Shown here one piece after another: positions 42,499 to 55,131 of a DNA stretch of 64,000 bases. Under the pieces are notes generated by a model. That model was given only the letters and a program-made list of their open reading frames with translations. It was not told the origin of the DNA and searched no databases. This DNA is from Eledone cirrhosa. Taxonomy: Eukaryota. How positions within the stretch are numbered: the first letter of the stretch is position 1; each line of letters begins with the position of its first letter. A program made the translations under genes and the position numbers. The DNA is taken from the NCBI GenBank assembly GCA_964016885.1, contig OZ024743.1, forward strand, positions 194,494,001 to 194,558,000, read 5' to 3'.

Positions 42499-42842
42499 AT
42501 ACGATATATTAACAAATGGAAACTATATTTATAAAACCATATTTATTTCATTATACATATTTCAAGGACACCAAGTTAAATTATGGTGTGCTTTCATCAG
42601 ATAAAATATAATATAGATCAGTTTTATAAATAAATATTGACATACCCTTAAAGAATGCGACCATTTCTGTTCAGAAATGGTCGCATTCTTTAAGGGTATG
42701 TCAATATTTATTTATAAAACTGATCTATATTATATTTTATCTGATGAAAGCACACCATAATTTAACTTGGTGTCCTTGAAATATGTATAATGAAATAAAT
42801 ATGGTTTTATAAATATAGTTTCCATTTGTTAATATATCGTAT
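42499..42842. repeat. Essentially perfect ~340-bp palindrome (2-nt loop at 42670-42671) with two hammerheads (family B)
   Basis: Centre ...ccatttctg-tt-cagaaatgg...; arms match by eye throughout. Hammerheads at 42544-42608 (-) and 42733-42797 (+). Confidence 0.92.
42733..42797 (+). ncRNA. Minimal type I hammerhead (family B)
   Basis: tattttat-CTGATGA-aagcacacca...tggtgtcctt-GAAA-tatgt-ATA^atgaaata; 8-bp stem I with one G-U. Confidence 0.85.
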
Positions 42843-42927
42843 TTTTACTCCAATAATCTGTTGAATGCTTTATATCAGTTATAAAAATATTTGCTTGTTG
42901 TTTCCCAACAATTTAAATAGAACTTCT

Positions 42928-43030
<103 letters not shown>

Positions 43031-45161
43031 CCATGAGAAATGCACTACAATGATGATATATTAATGTTTCGGATGTCAGTCCATCGTCGTAAGATAGATT
43101 GGGTGATGGAAGATACAGAATGATAGACGAGCCTAAAAATAAGGGAGAAACGGAAAGCAAGCAGAAAGTATGTGTATCTAGGCAGCCATTTTGAAGAGGT
43201 TGCATAACTCTCTCACTTCACACGCACATACACACATATATATGTATATATATGAATATATATATATACATATATATATATATACACACACACAAACACA
43301 CACTCATACACACACATATGTATATATATATATTCATATATATATTTATATATATATATACATATACATATATAAACATATCCACACTCCCCCCCCCCCA
43401 CCGCCCCGACACACACAGACAAATATATATATATATATGTACACATATTCCCTAAATTATCACTAATTATGATTTACATATATGCATTTTCGCAGTGCAC
43501 ATTAATTATTTCGCTGCATGGGGAATTATGAAATCAATTAAGGTAACTTGTTATCCAGTTTACATTAGTGGCTGTTAACACCTAATCGCATATAATTATA
43601 ATGTATATCGACGCTACATTGAGGAATCTTAGCTACATTAAGCTGAACGAAACGAAATAATTAAAATGTTGGTTGTGCGACTGATTGGTTTTCAATAGAC
43701 CCTTACCAATTATTTTAAAGGAATCTTTTTAACTCACTCACTGACTATCTGTCTGCCTCTCTGTCTGTTTCTCTCTCTTTCTCTCTCTCTCTATATATAT
43801 ATATACATAAATACATATACACACACAGACCCCCCCCCCCCCCCCACACACACCCACACCCCCACACACACACAGAAGCATATATATATATACATATATA
43901 TATAGAGAGAGATGCGGGTGTGTCTATGTGTGTGTGTCTGTGCGTATATACTTACAAATGGACGCAGCTTGTGCGTTCTACGTAACAGTTTCTGGTTAAA
44001 CATGTTTCACAAGGCAAAACAGATAGTTTTTGCATCATATTCATTACCATTATCGTCATCACCACCATCATCATCTGTACAAAGTATGTATGTATTATTG
44101 TATCTACAAAATTAGTTTTACTCTTGCCTAAAATAATAGCATTGTTGTGGAGACTAGAACGAAGATAGGGGTGTATGAATTAAATGATCAGGATTTTAAA
44201 CTAATTTGAGGTGTTAATAATGGCAAAATTGTTTTAGAGCAGCATGAGAAATACTAACTCGTCAAAGTTAATAACACTTGAAATGAAATTACAGCTGTTC
44301 CTTCATTTTTTATTATAGCCTATTATCCGTTGGAGTTGAGGGTGACTGTTCACTAGATTTACCTTTTGGAGACTCATATGTTACTAGGCAGGTCAATGAT
44401 GTATCTACAATAACGGTCACAGACCAAGCTTTAGTCCTGCAGGGGAAGACGCGCTGCGTTGGTTACTTTGTGCTGTTTTTTCTTTGTTTTTTGTTTACGC
44501 TTACGGTTATTGTTGAGATATTCGGGTCATGATGTTTCAATCATAGATGATTTATCTTCACTTATGCTGGTTATTCGACAACGATTCAAAATTGCCATAC
44601 ATTTGGCAATTTCTTCTATGCTCCTCTTTAAACCGATTCCAGCCTGGGGGTAAAGCAAATTTTTTAGGCAATCGATGGTCTGGTATTCGCACAACATAGC
44701 CAAATTATCGGAACGATAGAAATATTTCAAATTTGAAAATGTGAGACTCCTAAATACAGAAATCAACTTTAATAAAACCCGATCAATATAGATACAGTTC
44801 AGAAAATTGGGTAGATTATATTTAGAGACGCTGTTTAGTTCATCATAAGCGCCCCAATTCACTTTTTTCCGCATCGAAGCTTGATTTACCGATTGTTATC
44901 TAGAGTGATTGACCGTTATTACAGTTATTATCTACATTTGGGACTCTCACATTTTCCAATATCATATTACTGCTTGATTAGGATTGAGTTATTGAACATA
45001 TGTTATAATCAACATTAAGTATGTTGTGTCTTGTTTATTTCCCTATGTGCGTAGGTAATTGAAAAAGGAACAGTCATTTAAACATTTCTACAATGAAGAA
45101 CAACAAATTGTAGAATTGTCGAACTGTAGAACTGTTGAACTGAAGAATTGAAGCGAGCATG

Positions 45162-45350
45162 TAATAATTGTTTCTACTTTTGGCACAAGGCCAGTAATTA
45201 TCCCAGTGTATTACTGGCACTATTTTATCGACCCCGTAAGGTTGAAAGACAAAGTTAACATCGGCGGATTTGAACTCAGTCCGTAAAGGGACGTAACTGT
45301 GCTGCAAAGCATGGCGTCCGAACCTCTACCGATATTGCCAATCCACCGCC
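45162..45350 (-). mobile_element. tRNA-derived SINE with 12-bp target-site duplication
   Basis: Reverse complement of the 37365 family; gcatgtaataat at 45157-45168 and 45352-45363. Confidence 0.88.
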
Positions 45351-46412
45351 TGCATGTAATAATAACACTGAGCGTAATTCCACGGCGACAGAAAGAATTG
45401 TGTACTTCTCAAACCGCCAGACTATATTTCGAACCTGTTGGATACAGTTATGTACCCACGTTTAGCTGAAGCATAATATATAGGCAAAAATCACGAGCAC
45501 ATTTGAAACACGTGATTGTGATATGATTGGCTGTCGTTAAATAATTAAACAATTACACAACACTTGTTAGATAACACTCAATACGAGTTCAATACACGAC
45601 AATGTAAATGTAAATTATTGTGTTTGTACTGGAGTTCACTACTCTATAGCAAGATAGGAATGGAAGGCATATAAAGGTTAATATGAAACAATGTGGAAAC
45701 ATTCTCGATGCAGAATGTTTAAATAAATAATTTAAAAAAAACCCCAGTAATCTATGTACTTTCATGTAATCTATGTACGAACAAAGTTTGGTATCACTGT
45801 TTCGTCCCTACCCACTCTGATAGAGCAGAACTAGAATCAAATACATTCCAGCAGTTAGAATCGAATATCTTTCTTTCTCAGCATTGTTTTTTTTATGATT
45901 GTAAATTTTAATTTATCGGAGATTTGGCTGCTACTTATAGTAGTTCAAGCACCCAAGAAAAGGTTCTATTGTCTCTGAAATTACATCCATCGAATGCTGA
46001 TGGATACACTTGACAAAATTAGATGCCTAACCGCAGGTGTTAGAACGAAATCGTTCCATTTGAAAGACACATCGGAGTATATATATATAATAAATCAGGA
46101 AAGAAGAGTGACACGGTTTGCTATACAAAAAAGGTTTTTAATCTCATTGATGACAATTCTTTCTCTGAACTGCTAGGTCTAGAGATCGCTATCCGCTTAT
46201 TTTCACGTTACTCGATCGCCAATACAAAGTTATAACCAGTCAGTTCATCGGAACTTGTGATGAACTGACTAGAATTACAGCGTACTCGCAGCATCAGTAT
46301 GGAAACGCCTCGTTGAGTCAAACTTAGCCAAGCGTTGATATCATCCACTACCTGGAGTACCATAACTGGGCTACACCTAAGTGGACTATCTATAACAATA
46401 ATTTGTTACGCC

Positions 46413-46497
<85 letters not shown>

Positions 46498-46604
46498 GAA
46501 GTTATATTTAATTTGTTGGGATACAACAAAAAATATTTTTATAACTGATATAAAGCACTCTTTAAGGGTATATCAATATTTGTTTATAAAACTAATCTCT
46601 ATTA

Positions 46605-46669
46605 TATTTTATCTGATGAAAGCTCACCATAATTTGCTTTGGTGTCCTTGAAATATGTATAATTAAATA
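46605..46669 (+). ncRNA. Minimal type I hammerhead (family B) in a ~210-bp solo unit in (TA)n
   Basis: Diverged copy of 42733-42797 with intact core. Confidence 0.8.
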
Positions 46670-46697
46670 AATATGGTTTTATAAATATAGTTTCCAT

Positions 46698-46745
<48 letters not shown>

Positions 46746-46758
46746 ATTTTATAGAAGG

Positions 46759-46809
46759 AGCTTCTACAGGACTAGTACTGTTTCATTCAGATGAAATCTT
46801 CAGGAAGCT
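46759..46809 (-). ncRNA. Type I hammerhead (family C) in inverted pLTR
   Basis: Reverse complement of 49432-49482. Confidence 0.8.
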
Positions 46810-47056
46810 GGGTGTCATATTAAGTTCTGGTATTTATACATTTGGGTAGAGGTAAGGGAGGGGTGGGTGGGTGGGGGGTATTTAGATACACAGGACCATT
46901 TCATGGCACAGGCCGTTTTTTCTTTGGGGAGTGGTCAATTAGCCAGAGTGCTTTTTGAAATAAATAAATAAGTAAATAAATAAATAAATGAATAAATAGA
47001 TAAAAGAATAAATAAATAAAATAAATAAAAAAATAAATAAATAAAAAAAATAAAGA

Positions 47057-47087
<31 letters not shown>

Positions 47088-47313
47088 AAACCCCAAGAAT
47101 AGTAATTCAACAGATATATCGTAGGGAAATTTAGGTGGGTTGGTAATAGAAATTAAACATTTAACAAGACCGAATCATGGTCCAGACTGGGGTGAGTGGT
47201 CAAGTTAACATACAAGCCACAGGTGGCCAGAGTGTTTTTGTAGGAAGGAAAGAATAAAATATATTTACATACTCACAACCACATACAAAAACACTTACAC
47301 ACACATATATACC

Positions 47314-47365
<52 letters not shown>

Positions 47366-47396
47366 CACACCCACACATTCACACACATATACATAC

Positions 47397-47428
<32 letters not shown>

Positions 47429-47580
47429 ACACTCACATATGTGTGCGTATACACATACACACACACACACTTACATATACACACACACACACGCATAGAC
47501 ACACACACACATATATATTTACACATACACACGTGCGCATACACATACATATATATATATATATATATACATATATATGT

Positions 47581-47655
<75 letters not shown>

Positions 47656-47952
47656 CACACCTACATGTACGTATGTCTCTCTCGTGTAAACTATACTATA
47701 CATACACATACATACATATGCACACACATACATACACATACATACATACACACACACACACAAACACATACATTCACACATATATATACATATATACACA
47801 TACACATACATATAAAATCTCATATATATATATATATGAGTTGAAATAAAATGAAAACGAAATTTCATTTCTCACTCTTAGTATGGCACTTACTTAAATG
47901 TAAGTATGTATGTATACGTACATACATATATATATACAGACGTACAGTAGCA

Positions 47953-48009
<57 letters not shown>

Positions 48010-48142
48010 AGCTACACATACATATATGCACGCATCAGTTTAGCGGACGCTTATTATAACGCCGCTTTGTTTTTATATATATATATATATATATACATAT
48101 ATATATACCCATACACACATATACATATATATATATATATAT

Positions 48143-49165
48143 ATGATAATAATGGAGCTGCGGCGTTGCAAATGGGTTACATATAAAAAAGTGAGTCCTT
48201 CATCAATGACCCTCCAACCGTCCTAGGCATTTCATCGCTTTAAGGGCCATATACCTCAGGTTGGTGCGAACAACGGCTAAAAAAAGTCGTTGGGACACGT
48301 AAATAAAGAGAACGTTAGGGTGAACAAACAAAATGGTTTAAGCAACAGAAAGTGAGAAGAAAGAGACAAGTCCCAGATTTCTATGAATATAAACTCGATA
48401 AAATCGTGAACTAGAGAATAAAGACCATCAGACCTGGTTGAAATGTGAGCAAGGAAGGAATTTCGCACAGGTCTAACGGGAGAAAGAAGAAGGGGTCTGG
48501 TCTGCGAATTCGGTAAACATAAGTTCTGTGAAGACGCAGACGAGAGAGAGAGAGAAAAAAAATTTCATACCGGCTTGGCCAAGAGTGCGCGAGAAAAGAA
48601 ATCGGACAGGTCAAGCGGGAAGAATGAGGAGAGGAGGAGAGGAAGTGACAGGGTATGAGTGAGTGAAAGTTGAGGAAGAGGCTAACAGAGAGAGAGACTG
48701 CTAGAAAGGGTAAAGATACAAAGAACGAAACAGACGGGTGGCAGCAGAGGAAAAAATATATGTGTAAATATGATAATAATGGAGCTGCGGCGTTGCAAAT
48801 GGGTTACATATAAAAAAGTGAGTCCTTCATCAGTGACCCTCCAACCGTCCTAGGCATTTCATCGCTTTAAGGGCCATATACCTCAGGTTGGTGCGAACAA
48901 CGGCTAAAAAAAGTCGTTGGGACACGTAAATAAAGAGAACGTTAGGGTGAACAAACAAAATGGTTTAAGCAACAGAAAGTGAGAAGAAAGAGACAAGTCC
49001 CAGATTTCTATGAATATAAACTCGATAAAATCGTGAACTAGAGAATAAAGACCATCAGACCTGGTTGAAATGTGAGCAAGGAAGGAATTTCGCACAAGTC
49101 TAACGGGAGGAAGAAGAAGGGGTCTGGTCTGCGAATTCGGTAAACATAAGTTCTGTGAAGACGCA
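48143..49165. repeat. 627-bp-period tandem non-coding repeat nested in the inverted Penelope tail
   Basis: 48143-48538 is nearly identical to 48770-49165; a related family lies at 54325-54960. Confidence 0.88.
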
Positions 49166-49431
49166 CATACACACACATACACATTTACAAGCAAACACGC
49201 ATACATACACATACATACATACAAATAAGTACACATAAACGCATATTCATTTATTTATTTATTTACTTATTTATTTATTTCAAAAAAGCACTCTCGCTAA
49301 TTGACCACTCCCCAAAGAAAAAACGGCCTGTGCCATGAAGTGGTCCTGTGTATCTAAATACCCCCCCCCCTTATACCCCCCTCCCTTACCACTACCTAAA
49401 TGCATAAATACCAGAACTTAATATGACACCC

Positions 49432-49482
49432 AGCTTCCTGAAGATTTCATCTGAATGAAACAGTACTAGTCCTGTAGAAGCT
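49432..49482 (+). ncRNA. Type I hammerhead (family C) in 5' pLTR
   Basis: agcttc-CTGAAGA-t-ttca(tc)tgaa-t-GAAA-cag(tactagtc)ct-GTA^gaagct; predicted cut after 49476, 138 nt upstream of the ATG. Confidence 0.82.
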
Positions 49483-49614
49483 CCTTCTATAAAATAAAAA
49501 AAATTTACTCTGCCATGTATTGAGTACCTTACTTACTGTTGTTATCCCCGACTCAATCCGGGACCTACGTATCCAAGCACACCCCAGTGCCCTTATAACC
49601 ATCCTCAAGAAAAT

Positions 49615-51750
49615 ATGCTAACAAGAATCGACCTCAATACCTCATTGAAGAACATTCCTATCCCACCAAGGAAACAGTACCTAAAAACCCTCATTAGACG
49701 GACTGATGAATTCATCAAACGAATTAGATGGAGATCGTTCTTTTTCGACCACCCTGATGTAGCATCTACCAATAACGAGATGTACGGCTTTAAATCTAAT
49801 AAGGCTCCACCCAGCAACAGCCTACTTGAACCATTTGAAGAAGACCTCTTTCAAATGATCAAAAATATTAAATTCAGGAAAGTCAACATACCTTTCCAAA
49901 CGGACTTAAAGGAGAAACTTCTGAAAATGAAAAGTTCCCCGTACCTCCACGTCCCTTCAGACAAAACTAAAAACACTTATGCGGTTATTCCCGACACCTA
50001 CAACAAGCTTGCGGATAATGCCATCACAGCAAAGTACAAAAAAGTTGATGACACTACTTTGACTGAAACAAACATAGCCGGAAAGAAGATCGCCACTTCC
50101 CTTAAACTGGAAGACCGGACAGAACCTCTGAGGGTAAAGTCCCCACACTTCACCCTGAAAGACCACAAGAACAACTTCGACAATAAACCGTCGGTCCGGC
50201 TGATTAACCCGACCAAGTCTGACATAGGATCCGTCAGTAAGAAGATCTTGGACAGGATTGTACCTAGACTACGTGCTGCCTCACCCCTCCCACTCTGGAA
50301 TAGGACATCAGAGGCAATCACATGGTTCCGGGACTTGCCCGACAAAAGCAACACCCGCTTCCTGCAGCTAGACATCGAGGATTACAACGCCTCCATATCA
50401 GAGAGCCTGCTGATTGACGCGATTAATTTCGCCAGGAACTTAACCACTATTACCGAAGCCGAGCAGGAAGTGATCCTCCATGCACGTAAGACTTTTCTTT
50501 ACCATGACAGATCCCACTGGATCAACAAAAAATCTGAGACCCCTTTCGACGTTAGCATGGGTGCTAGCGACTCAGCTGAAATTAGTGACCTTGTGGGTCT
50601 GTTCATCCTCCACAGGTTGAAGACCCTCTTCACAAGCCTCTCCGGCGGTCTCTACCGAGATGACGGCTCTTTGCACTCCACAAAATCAACCCCAGGACCA
50701 CGGATGGGTTCAGGAAAAACCTTTACACCTTCTTTAAAAACTTAGGCCTTAGGATTACCTTAGATTCGAACTTAACTAAAGCTAACTTCCTAGACGTTAC
50801 CCTCGACTTAGAAACTTCCCTTTACTACCAGTACCACAAACCTAATGAATCCCTTAGATATATAGACGTTAATTCTAACCACCCCAAAAATATATTAGAC
50901 AACCTAGTAAAAAGTGTCTCCATTAGGATATCTAGCCTCCCCGCCAATGAAGATATCTTTAGAGCAGCAGCCCCCTATTACAACGAGGCCCTGGCCTGCA
51001 GCGGCTTTAGAGATAAGATCACCTACCTTACTATAGCCCCACGCCGACCCAGGAAGAATAGGCGAAGGCACATTAGCTGGTACAACCCCCCCCCCCCCTT
51101 CAACCGAGAAGTTTCAACACCTGTAGCTAAAATTTTCTTCACTCTCTTACAAAAACACTTCCCCACCCAACATAGGTACTATACTATCCTTAATAAGAAT
51201 ACCATTAGACTATCTTACTCTACCACACCTAATCTAGCTAGAAACTTAGCCAACAACAACAACATCAAGAAGCTAAATAAGTCTACTTTTTCCGAAGCCC
51301 ATCCAGCAACCGATAGCAACTGCAATTGCCCTGATAAGACGACCTGCCCTCTCAACAACAACTGTCTATAAAAAAAGATCTCGTGTATATATGCGATGTA
51401 CTCTCAGGCCCCGATGAAAAAAGAAACTCGTACATCGGGATGACTTCTAATAGTTTTAAGACTCGCTGGTACGCCCACACACATTCGTTCCGGCGCCCAG
51501 ACAAATCTAACCAAACTACACTCGCCGCCCACATCTGGCACCTAAAAAGGAACTCCATCCCCTTCAAGACCCATTGGAGACTACTCCAGAGAGCGCGATC
51601 ATACACGGGAGGCCATAATTGCTGTGACCTCTGTATCTCCGAGAGCTATGAGATTCTATTCGCCAAAGGCCCTCTCCTCAACAAGACCTCGGAACACTCC
51701 CCTAATTGCATGCACAAGAACTATGCAAATTACAAAAACTACAGACCCCC
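49615..51750 (+). pseudogene. Penelope-like RT + C-terminal GIY-YIG endonuclease ORF, frameshifted (possibly Hydra clade)
   Basis: SLKNIPIP, SDKTKN, RLINP, LDIEDY, MGASDS, LYRDDG, NFLDVTLDL, SNHP, WYNPP, CNC..K..CPL...CL linker, VYIC...YIGMT..FKTRW..H, CDLCISE, LLNK. Confidence 0.93.
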
Positions 51751-52508
51751 CCCCCCCCCCCCCCCCCGACTGACCCCCCCCCAATATACCCCCCCGCGCC
51801 CCCATCCCATTTTCGCCCCTCCATCTCTCATTATTACCCTCTTTCCTCCCCTCTATCTCTCAGGTCTTATATATTGTGTTGTATGCCTCTGAGTAAAGTT
51901 CCGTGGCCGTACACACAAATTCACGTATATACCTGCTCATGTTTGCATACGTGCAGTTATGAACTGCTGCACGCACACGTTCATGATTTATTTATCTATT
52001 TAACTGTATATTTATTTATTTATTTAGTTACTTTATTTACTTATTTATTTATTTATCCATTTATTTATTTATTTGTTTATTTATTTACTTATTTACTGGT
52101 TTATTTGTTTATCTGTTTATTTGTTTGTTTGTTAGTTAGTTAACTCATTCATTTATTTATTAATTTATGAGTGAATGATTAGGTAATGAATATATAAGGG
52201 ATAAAAGATAGGTAACGAATAGTGAATGGTAAATAGTAAGTAATAAATAAATAAATAGTAATTAATTATTTGATGATAATATTAATATCTTAATAGTGAC
52301 ATTAATTATTTTATCCTCTACCAGGCCCAGTTTAAAATTTAAAATTTAAAATTAAAATTTGTCCCACTACCTTTATACTATAGACACATGTATGAGTGCG
52401 AACGAGTGCGTGTTTGTGCATATGCGTTTATGTGTAGATATTTGTATGTATGTATGTGTATGTATGCGTGTTTGCTTGTAAATGTGTATGTGTGTGTATG
52501 TATATATG

Positions 52509-52570
<62 letters not shown>

Positions 52571-52586
52571 TGTATATGTGTGTATG

Positions 52587-52623
<37 letters not shown>

Positions 52624-52793
52624 TTTTATATGTATGTGTGTGTGTATGTGTATATATGTATATATATGTGTGAATGTATGTGTTTGTGTGTGTGTGTGTG
52701 TATGTATGTGTATGTATGTGTGTGCATATGTATGTATGTGTATGTATAGTATAGTTTACACGAGAGAGCCATACGTACGTGTAGGTATATATA

Positions 52794-52830
<37 letters not shown>

Positions 52831-53071
52831 ACATATATATGTATATATATATATATATATATGTATGTGTATGCGCACGTGTGTATGTGTAGATATATAT
52901 GTGTGTGTATGTGTAGATATATATGTGTGTGTATGTGTATAGGTGTGTGTGTGTATATTTGTGTGTTTGTGTTTTTCTTGTGTATATATGTATATATGTG
53001 TATGTATGTATGTGTGTGTGTGTGTATATGTATTTGTGTGTGTGTGTATGTGTATACGCACACATATGTGA

Positions 53072-53145
<74 letters not shown>

Positions 53146-53166
53146 ATGTGTGTGAATGTGTGGGTG

Positions 53167-53226
<60 letters not shown>

Positions 53227-53486
53227 GGTATATATGTGTAAGTGTTTAAATATGTGTGTGTATATATATGTGTGTGTAAGTGTTTTTGTATGTGGTTGTG
53301 AGTATTTAAATATATTTTATTCTTTCCTTCCTACAAAAACACTCTGGCCACCTGTGGCTTGTATGTTAACTTGACCACTCACCCTAGTCTGGACCATGAT
53401 TCGGTCTTGTTAAATGTTTAATTTCTATTACCAACCCACCTAAATTTCCCTACGATATATCTGTTGAATTACTATTCTTGGGGTTT

Positions 53487-53523
<37 letters not shown>

Positions 53524-53697
53524 TTTTTTTATTTATTTATTTTTTTATTTATTTATTCTTTTATCTATTTATTCATTTATTTATTTCAAAAAAGCACTCT
53601 GGCTAATTGACCACTCCCCAAAGAAAAAACGGCCTGTCCACCACCCCTCCCTTACCACTACCTAAATGTATAAATACCAGAACTTAATATGACACCC

Positions 53698-53748
53698 AGC
53701 TTTCTGAAGATTTCATCTGAATGAAACAGTACTAGTCCTGTAGAAGCT
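53698..53748 (+). ncRNA. Type I hammerhead (family C) in 3' pLTR
   Basis: As 49432-49482, with a C>T change in stem I that keeps a G-U pair. Confidence 0.82.
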
Positions 53749-53834
53749 CCTTCTATAAAATAAAAAAATTTTACTCTGCCATGTATTGAGAACCTTACTT
53801 ACTGTTGTTATCCCCGACTCAACCCGGGACCTAC

Positions 53835-53874
<40 letters not shown>

Positions 53875-53877
<3 letters not shown>

Positions 53878-54211
53878 ATGAGATCAAAAGATGGTTAAAA
53901 GAGTTCCAAGTATTTTATTATGCGCATTTCAAAAACAAATATCATTATGGAATGATATCTGCGTTCACATCAGATAAAATAGGGAGACATGATATGAAGC
54001 TTAAAAAACACTTGTGAGCAATGAATTTTTAAATCAACATACGTTGATATAAAAATTCACTGCTCACAAGTGTTTTTTAAGCTAATAAAATACTTGGAAC
54101 TCTTTTAACCATCTTTTGATCTTATATTATTTATACTCCAGTCCTATAAACTGTAGAGTGCTACCTATCCGATATTTGCATTGCGTTATTGTGTTACAAT
54201 AAAACTCACCT

Positions 54212-54215
<4 letters not shown>
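53875..54215. repeat. Family A fold-back with mutated left hammerhead and deleted right hammerhead
   Basis: Palindrome centred ~54042. The left core reads CTGATGT on the minus strand; the right arm jumps from aagct to aataaaatac at ~54083. Confidence 0.82.
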
Positions 54216-54258
<43 letters not shown>

Positions 54259-54324
54259 ATGTGTGTGTGTGTGTGTGTGTGCGTGTGTATGTATATATGT
54301 ATATATATATATATATATATAAAA

Positions 54325-54960
54325 AATCATGAGAAGAAAGAATACTGCGTGGTTGCACATGGGTTACTTATGATAAAAATAGTCCTTCGTCATTGATTTT
54401 CCAACCTTCATTGGTATTTAATCGCTTTAAAAATCATATACCTCCGGTTGGTGCGAGCAATAGCTAAATAAAGCTATTGGGACAAGTAAATCGCGTAAAG
54501 CGAGCGAGACAGTAAACAACAAGGAAGGATAGCAACGCAAAGATAGGAAATAACAAGCGCATGGGGATCCGGTCAGCTTAAGCTGTGTGGATTTCATGAG
54601 CGGGGAAATACAGACCATCCGACGTGAGTGAGATGTGAGCAATAAGAGAACCCACTACACCAAACGGGAGGAAGTGAGAAGGGGAGAAACAGAGAGTGAG
54701 TGAGTGGAAGTGCGAGGAAGAGGCCAGTCGAGAGAAAGTGTAACTGACAGAGGGGGCGAAAGAAGGTGAGAGAAACAGAGAGAGCGGGGAAGCAGCAAGA
54801 GAGAAACAGACAAACGCAGCTGAGGAAAATATATATAAAACACATGAGAAGAAAGAATACTGCGTGGTTGCACATGGGTTACATTATGATAAAAATAGTC
54901 CTTCGTCAGTGATTTTCCAACCTTCATTGGTATTTCATCGCTTTAAAAATCATATACCTT
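54325..54960. repeat. ~515-bp unit plus partial tandem repeat in microsatellite
   Basis: catgagaagaaagaatactgcgtggttgcacatgggttac... at ~54328 and ~54843. Confidence 0.85.
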
Positions 54961-54989
54961 ATATATATATATGTGTGTGTGTGTGTATG

Positions 54990-55131
<142 letters not shown>

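Larger units (their letters stand above)
46742..53837 (+). mobile_element. Full-length Penelope-like element with partial 5' pLTR, inverted 5' extension and long 3' tail, in (TA)n
   Basis: Direct pLTR 49246-49571 vs ~53570-53837; 46742-47825 and 49165-49245 are inverted copies of 52418-53765; single RT-EN ORF in between. Confidence 0.9.

Noticed and set aside
43055-43100. Degenerate hammerhead-like motif on the minus strand (gga-ctgaca-tcc-GAAAC)
   Set aside because: The core 5' strand and stem I are too degraded to support a call.
48143-49165. Hammerhead in the 627-bp tandem family (CTGATGA on minus at ~48830; CTGACGA at ~54910)
   Set aside because: The core strand is present, but no consistent GAAA and stem arrangement could be folded in type I or type II topology.
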